Origin: Nitrospirota bacterium
GTDB lineage: Bacteria; Nitrospirota; Thermodesulfovibrionia; Thermodesulfovibrionales; Dissulfurispiraceae
Assembly (NCBI GenBank): GCA_040754455.1
Contig: JBFMCP010000006.1
Span: 1 to 64,000 of the forward strand
Reading direction: 5' to 3'
Length of the DNA: 64,000 nucleotides
Of this stretch, positions 60,478 to 64,000 are shown in pieces (the stretch's first letter is position 1; the number at the start of each line of letters is the position of its first letter). The notes under the pieces were generated by a model that saw only the letters and a list, made by a program, of their open reading frames with translations, was not told the DNA's origin and searched no databases. The position numbers and the translations under genes are program-made.

Positions 60478-60567
60478 GGAGAGGTGACCGAGAGGCCGAA
60501 GGTGCACGACTGGAAATCGTGTGTGGGGTCAAACTCACCCAGGGTTCGAATCCCTGCCTCTCCGCCA
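60478..60567 (+). tRNA. tRNA-Ser(GGA)
   Basis: Anticodon arm CACGA-CT-GGA-AA-TCGTG, long variable arm, encoded CCA. Confidence 0.97.
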
Positions 60568-60664
60568 GAATTTAAAGTTCACTGTTCACGGTTCATTGTT
60601 CATGGTTTCCTGCTATTTACAACGAACAGTAAACGGTAAACCATAAGCGGTCTTTCTACAGCCG

Positions 60665-60761
60665 GGGGCTGGCCCTGCGCAGCAGGCTCGTGTGAATCCC
60701 GCCAGGTCCGGAAGGAAGCAACGGTAAGCATTCTGTCTGGGTGCCGCAGCAAGCCGGCCCC
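60665..60761 (+). ncRNA. ffs: Small SRP RNA (4.5S)
   Basis: CCAGGTCCGGAAGGAAGCAACGG helix-8 motif; closing stem; upstream of dnaX. Confidence 0.93.
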
Positions 60762-60977
60762 ATAAACGTAAAGCGTTATGCGTTGAGCGTTATAGCGTAA
60801 AAATAAAATGTTATAAACGCGATAAATGCTGTACGCTATAACGATGGCGAGCCGGTCCCCGGGTGTAGAAAGAAAGGCTGAGGATATAAAGGGCAAAAAT
60901 CAAAGAGCAAAAATAAAAAATAGGGACTCTTTATTTTTTCATTTTGCTCTTTACATTTTGATTTTTTTCGAGGATAA

Positions 60978-62615
60978 ATGGCGTACCTGGTTTTAGCACG
61001 AAAATGGAGACCGCAGACCTTCGATGATCTCGTCGGTCAGGAGCATGTAGCCCGTATTCTCAAAAACGCCATCACCAACAGCAAGGTAGCCCACGCATAC
61101 ATCTTCTCCGGTCCCCGCGGTGTCGGCAAGACATCGACCGCACGTATTCTTGCAAAAGCACTGAACTGTATTCAGGGGCCGACGCCCGATCCCTGCGGAA
61201 CGTGCCCCTCGTGCACGGCGGTTGCCGACGGCTCATCCATCGATGTCTCCGAAATCGACGGTGCTTCGAATACCGGCGTCGATAACATCCGGGACCTCAG
61301 GGAGAGGATCAGGTATGCCCCCTCTGAAAGCAGGTACAAGATATATATTATTGACGAGGCGCATATGCTCTCCACCTCTGCCTTCAACGCCTTGCTCAAG
61401 ACACTCGAAGAGCCGCCGCCTCATGTGATCTTTGTGCTCGCAACGACCGAGCCCAAGAAGATTCCCCCGACCGTGCTTTCACGATGCCAGCATCTGCCGT
61501 TCAAAAGAATCTCTGGGCAACAGATCAAGGGACGGCTGAAGGTCATTGCCGATGCCGAAAAGATAAGTATCGCCGGGCCTGCACTCGATATGATTGCCCG
61601 GGCAGCTGAAGGGAGCATGAGAGACGCTCTGACGATTCTGGACCAGATCGTCTCCTTTACGGAAAATATCACCGCCGCTGAGGTCAAAGACCTGCTCGGT
61701 ATTACCGATACCGAGACCCTCTCCCGACTCACGGCAGCGGTTATCGAAGGCAATCGCAAAGAGATCATCAACCTGCTCGCAGAGCTTACCGATACCGGGA
61801 CCGACCTCAAGGCGTTCACCAGGGACCTCTTACAATTCATAAGGAACCTCCTGATTGCAAAGATAGTGGATGAGCCGGAAGGTATCGTTGATCTGAGTGA
61901 AGAGGAAGTAGCGTCGATCGGCACGATAAAAGACAGCACCACCGAAGAGCACCTCGCCCTCATCCTCTCCGACCTGATTAAAGCAGAGCCGGGCATCAGA
62001 GGGGCCTTCTATCCGAGGATCGCCCTCGAGATGGCGCTCCTCAGATTAAGCTTCCTCAACCATCTTACCGTGATCAATGAAGCCCTCAGGGTCGTACAGG
62101 GCGCGGATACCGGTGACCGGCGGACCAGCCGCACGCTGCCTGCAGGAAGTGAAAAAAAAAATGAACAAATAGTTTCGGAAAACAAGCCAAACAGAGATAT
62201 TCCTGTCCCGTCCACACCTCCCCCCCGTCAGTTTCCTGAGAGGAACACGCCACTGCCCGACCTCTGGAACAAGGTACTCGATGCCATCGACGAGACCAAC
62301 CATCCGCTTGCGAGCAAGCTGAGGGATGGCAAGGCATCCTTCGCTGCCGATGAAATTACGATTGTCTTTAACGGCGGCATGTCAGTGCATGTCGAATCGG
62401 TGAAAGAGAATCTTCCGGCAATCAGGGACATGATCAAGGAGCGGTCGGGAAAAACAGTATCATTTAAAATCGAGACCGCGAAATCAACGGGAATAAGCAA
62501 AAAAGAGTTGAAGGAGAAGGCGCTTCGGAATCCGGTGGTGGTGGAGGCGCTCGAATTGTTCGAGGGCAGGATCGTTGATGTCATCCCGATGAATAATAAG
62601 AGCGAGATATCCTAG
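60978..62615 (+). CDS. dnaX: DNA polymerase III subunit tau/gamma
   Basis: LARKWRP, GPRGVGKT, Zn cysteines, IIDEAHML, SRC. Confidence 0.97.
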   Translation: MAYLVLARKWRPQTFDDLVGQEHVARILKNAITNSKVAHAYIFSGPRGVGKTSTARILAKALNCIQGPTPDPCGTCPSCTAVADGSSIDVSEIDGASNTGVDNIRDLRERIRYAPSESRYKIYIIDEAHMLSTSAFNALLKTLEEPPPHVIFVLATTEPKKIPPTVLSRCQHLPFKRISGQQIKGRLKVIADAEKISIAGPALDMIARAAEGSMRDALTILDQIVSFTENITAAEVKDLLGITDTETLSRLTAAVIEGNRKEIINLLAELTDTGTDLKAFTRDLLQFIRNLLIAKIVDEPEGIVDLSEEEVASIGTIKDSTTEEHLALILSDLIKAEPGIRGAFYPRIALEMALLRLSFLNHLTVINEALRVVQGADTGDRRTSRTLPAGSEKKNEQIVSENKPNRDIPVPSTPPPRQFPERNTPLPDLWNKVLDAIDETNHPLASKLRDGKASFAADEITIVFNGGMSVHVESVKENLPAIRDMIKERSGKTVSFKIETAKSTGISKKELKEKALRNPVVVEALELFEGRIVDVIPMNNKSEIS

Positions 62616-62680
62616 CGGTACTTATGTTTTAGTATATAATTATTAGAAAACCGGGAAAAAAACAGCCAAAGGAGGCGAAG

Positions 62681-63022
62681 ATGTCGAAGAAGATGCTCGG
62701 AGATATAATGCGTGAGGCGCAGAAGCTGCAGGCCGAAATGCAGAAAATGCAGGAAGCGGCAAAGACCAAAACGGTTGAGGCCACAGCCGGCGGCGGCATG
62801 GTCACCGTCGTTGCAAACGGCGGCGGCGAGCTGGTATCGATAAAGATAGAGAAAGATGTGGTCAATCCTGACGATGTCGATATGCTCCAGGACCTCATCC
62901 TCGCTGCATCGAATGAAGCGCTGAGGAGGGCCCAGCAGATGATGAATGAGGAGATGTCGAAGCTTACGATGGGGATGCAGCTGCCGGGCATGGGCGGACT
63001 GGGCAACCTCTTCGGAAAATAA
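62681..63022 (+). CDS. ybaB: YbaB/EbfC nucleoid-associated protein
   Basis: AGGGMVTV...D.DMLQDLI; dnaX-recR synteny. Confidence 0.95.
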   Translation: MSKKMLGDIMREAQKLQAEMQKMQEAAKTKTVEATAGGGMVTVVANGGGELVSIKIEKDVVNPDDVDMLQDLILAASNEALRRAQQMMNEEMSKLTMGMQLPGMGGLGNLFGK

Positions 63023-63115
63023 ACGGCGTTCAGCGTTGGGCGTTATAGCGTCTATTGCGATTAAACGTAATAAACTCTGAACGCGATGAACGCCGCACGC
63101 AATAACGGTTTTCTT

Positions 63116-63709
63116 ATGACACAAGGAATTATCGAGAATCTTATCACCCAGCTTTCAAAACTTCCCGGCATCGGGAGGAAGAGCGCACAGCGTCTTGCCT
63201 TTTTCATCCTGACCATGCCTCCTGAAGAGGCAAAAGGGATCGCCGCTGCGATCAGCGACGTGAAGGACAAGGCGCGGTTCTGCTCCACCTGTTTCAATAT
63301 TACTGATGTCGATCCCTGCGAGATCTGCAGTAATCCGGAGAGAGATAAAGGCAAAATCTGCGTGGTCGAGGAACCGAGCAATATCCTTGCCGTTGAACGG
63401 ACCAGGAGCTTTACCGGCGTCTACCATGTCCTGCTGGGCGCGCTCTCGCCTCTCGACGGGATAACACCTGACCGCCTGAAAATACATGAGCTTACCACAC
63501 GGATACAGACCGACTATGTGCAGGAGGTTATTCTGGCGACAAACCCCAACACCAAGGGGGAAATGACCGCCCGTTATATTACCGAAGTGATTAAACCGCT
63601 CAATGTAAGAGTCACGAGGATTGCCTACGGGCTACCCATCGGCAGCGATATCGAATTCGCGGATGAAGTCACACTCGCCAAAGCCCTCGAAGGTAGAAGA
63701 GACATGTAA
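63116..63709 (+). CDS. recR: Recombination protein RecR
   Basis: LPGIGRKSAQR, C4 finger, TOPRIM CVVE. Confidence 0.96.
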   Translation: MTQGIIENLITQLSKLPGIGRKSAQRLAFFILTMPPEEAKGIAAAISDVKDKARFCSTCFNITDVDPCEICSNPERDKGKICVVEEPSNILAVERTRSFTGVYHVLLGALSPLDGITPDRLKIHELTTRIQTDYVQEVILATNPNTKGEMTARYITEVIKPLNVRVTRIAYGLPIGSDIEFADEVTLAKALEGRRDM

Positions 63710-63722
63710 AAGTCAAAAAGTT

Positions 63723-64000
63723 TTACTCGTTTTCTTCTCTTTTAATCCCGATCTCAACCTGCTTTTGCGCAATCCTTGTTCCCCTCGGCAGTCTCCTCCG
63801 GTCGAGCACTTCAGCGAGAAAGGGCAACAGAAGAGAGCCGAAAGGGAGCAGAAAAATAATCAGGACAGGGATAATAAGTGAGATCTTCAATAAATGAAGC
63901 TTGATCTTCAGCTTTTCCTCTGCTGTCCAGGGCTTACCGGTATTGCGGTTTTTCATCAGCAACTGCATCAGCCCTTTGGTTTCGAGGACCTGTTCGAGAA
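63723..64000 (-). CDS. Hypothetical membrane protein, probably 5' partial
   Basis: GLMQLLMK.RN...W...LPFGSLLLP; reading frame open toward the window edge. Confidence 0.6.
   Translation of the reverse strand, partial: LEQVLETKGLMQLLMKNRNTGKPWTAEEKLKIKLHLLKISLIIPVLIIFLLPFGSLLLPFLAEVLDRRRLPRGTRIAQKQVEIGIKREENE

Overview
Bacterial chromosomal window, probably from an anaerobe of the Nitrospirota (Thermodesulfovibrionia) or Desulfobacterota type. This is inferred from gene content and was not verified. It has three parts. (1) 1-12917 is an accessory hotspot downstream of tRNA-Thr: SDR, standalone WYL, PRC-barrel, MCP, USP/kinase, nitroreductase, a decayed VapBC, IS remnants, cspA and CBS-PPase. 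(2) 12918-25407 is an apparently intact 12.5-kb integrative mobilizable element inserted in tRNA-Thr(CGT) with 47-bp att repeats. It encodes a tyrosine integrase, Xis, TOPRIM primase, an SF3-type helicase followed by a GTAC iteron array, oriT/MobC/relaxase and a VirB6-like protein. It also carries an unusual RHH + 5xCxxC coiled-coil + membrane-anchor protein lying under ten TGTATACA palindromes. (3) 25484-64000 is mostly housekeeping (larC, TolC/MFP/ABC, 6S RNA, rny, moeA, pepA, pth-rplY-prs-tRNA-Gln-ispE, mutS, coaE, ribF, priA, clpC, tRNA-Ser, SRP RNA, dnaX, ybaB, recR). The best leads are an unannotated 20-aa Cys-rich peptide behind a radical SAM/SPASM enzyme (candidate new RiPP), the candidate membrane-tethered DNA-binding/segregation module, an A10 slippage site in dnaX, a pseudo-helicase PriA, and inverted 7-9-bp tandem-repeat hairpins at operon junctions. 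All calls come from reading motifs by eye; no database searches were run.
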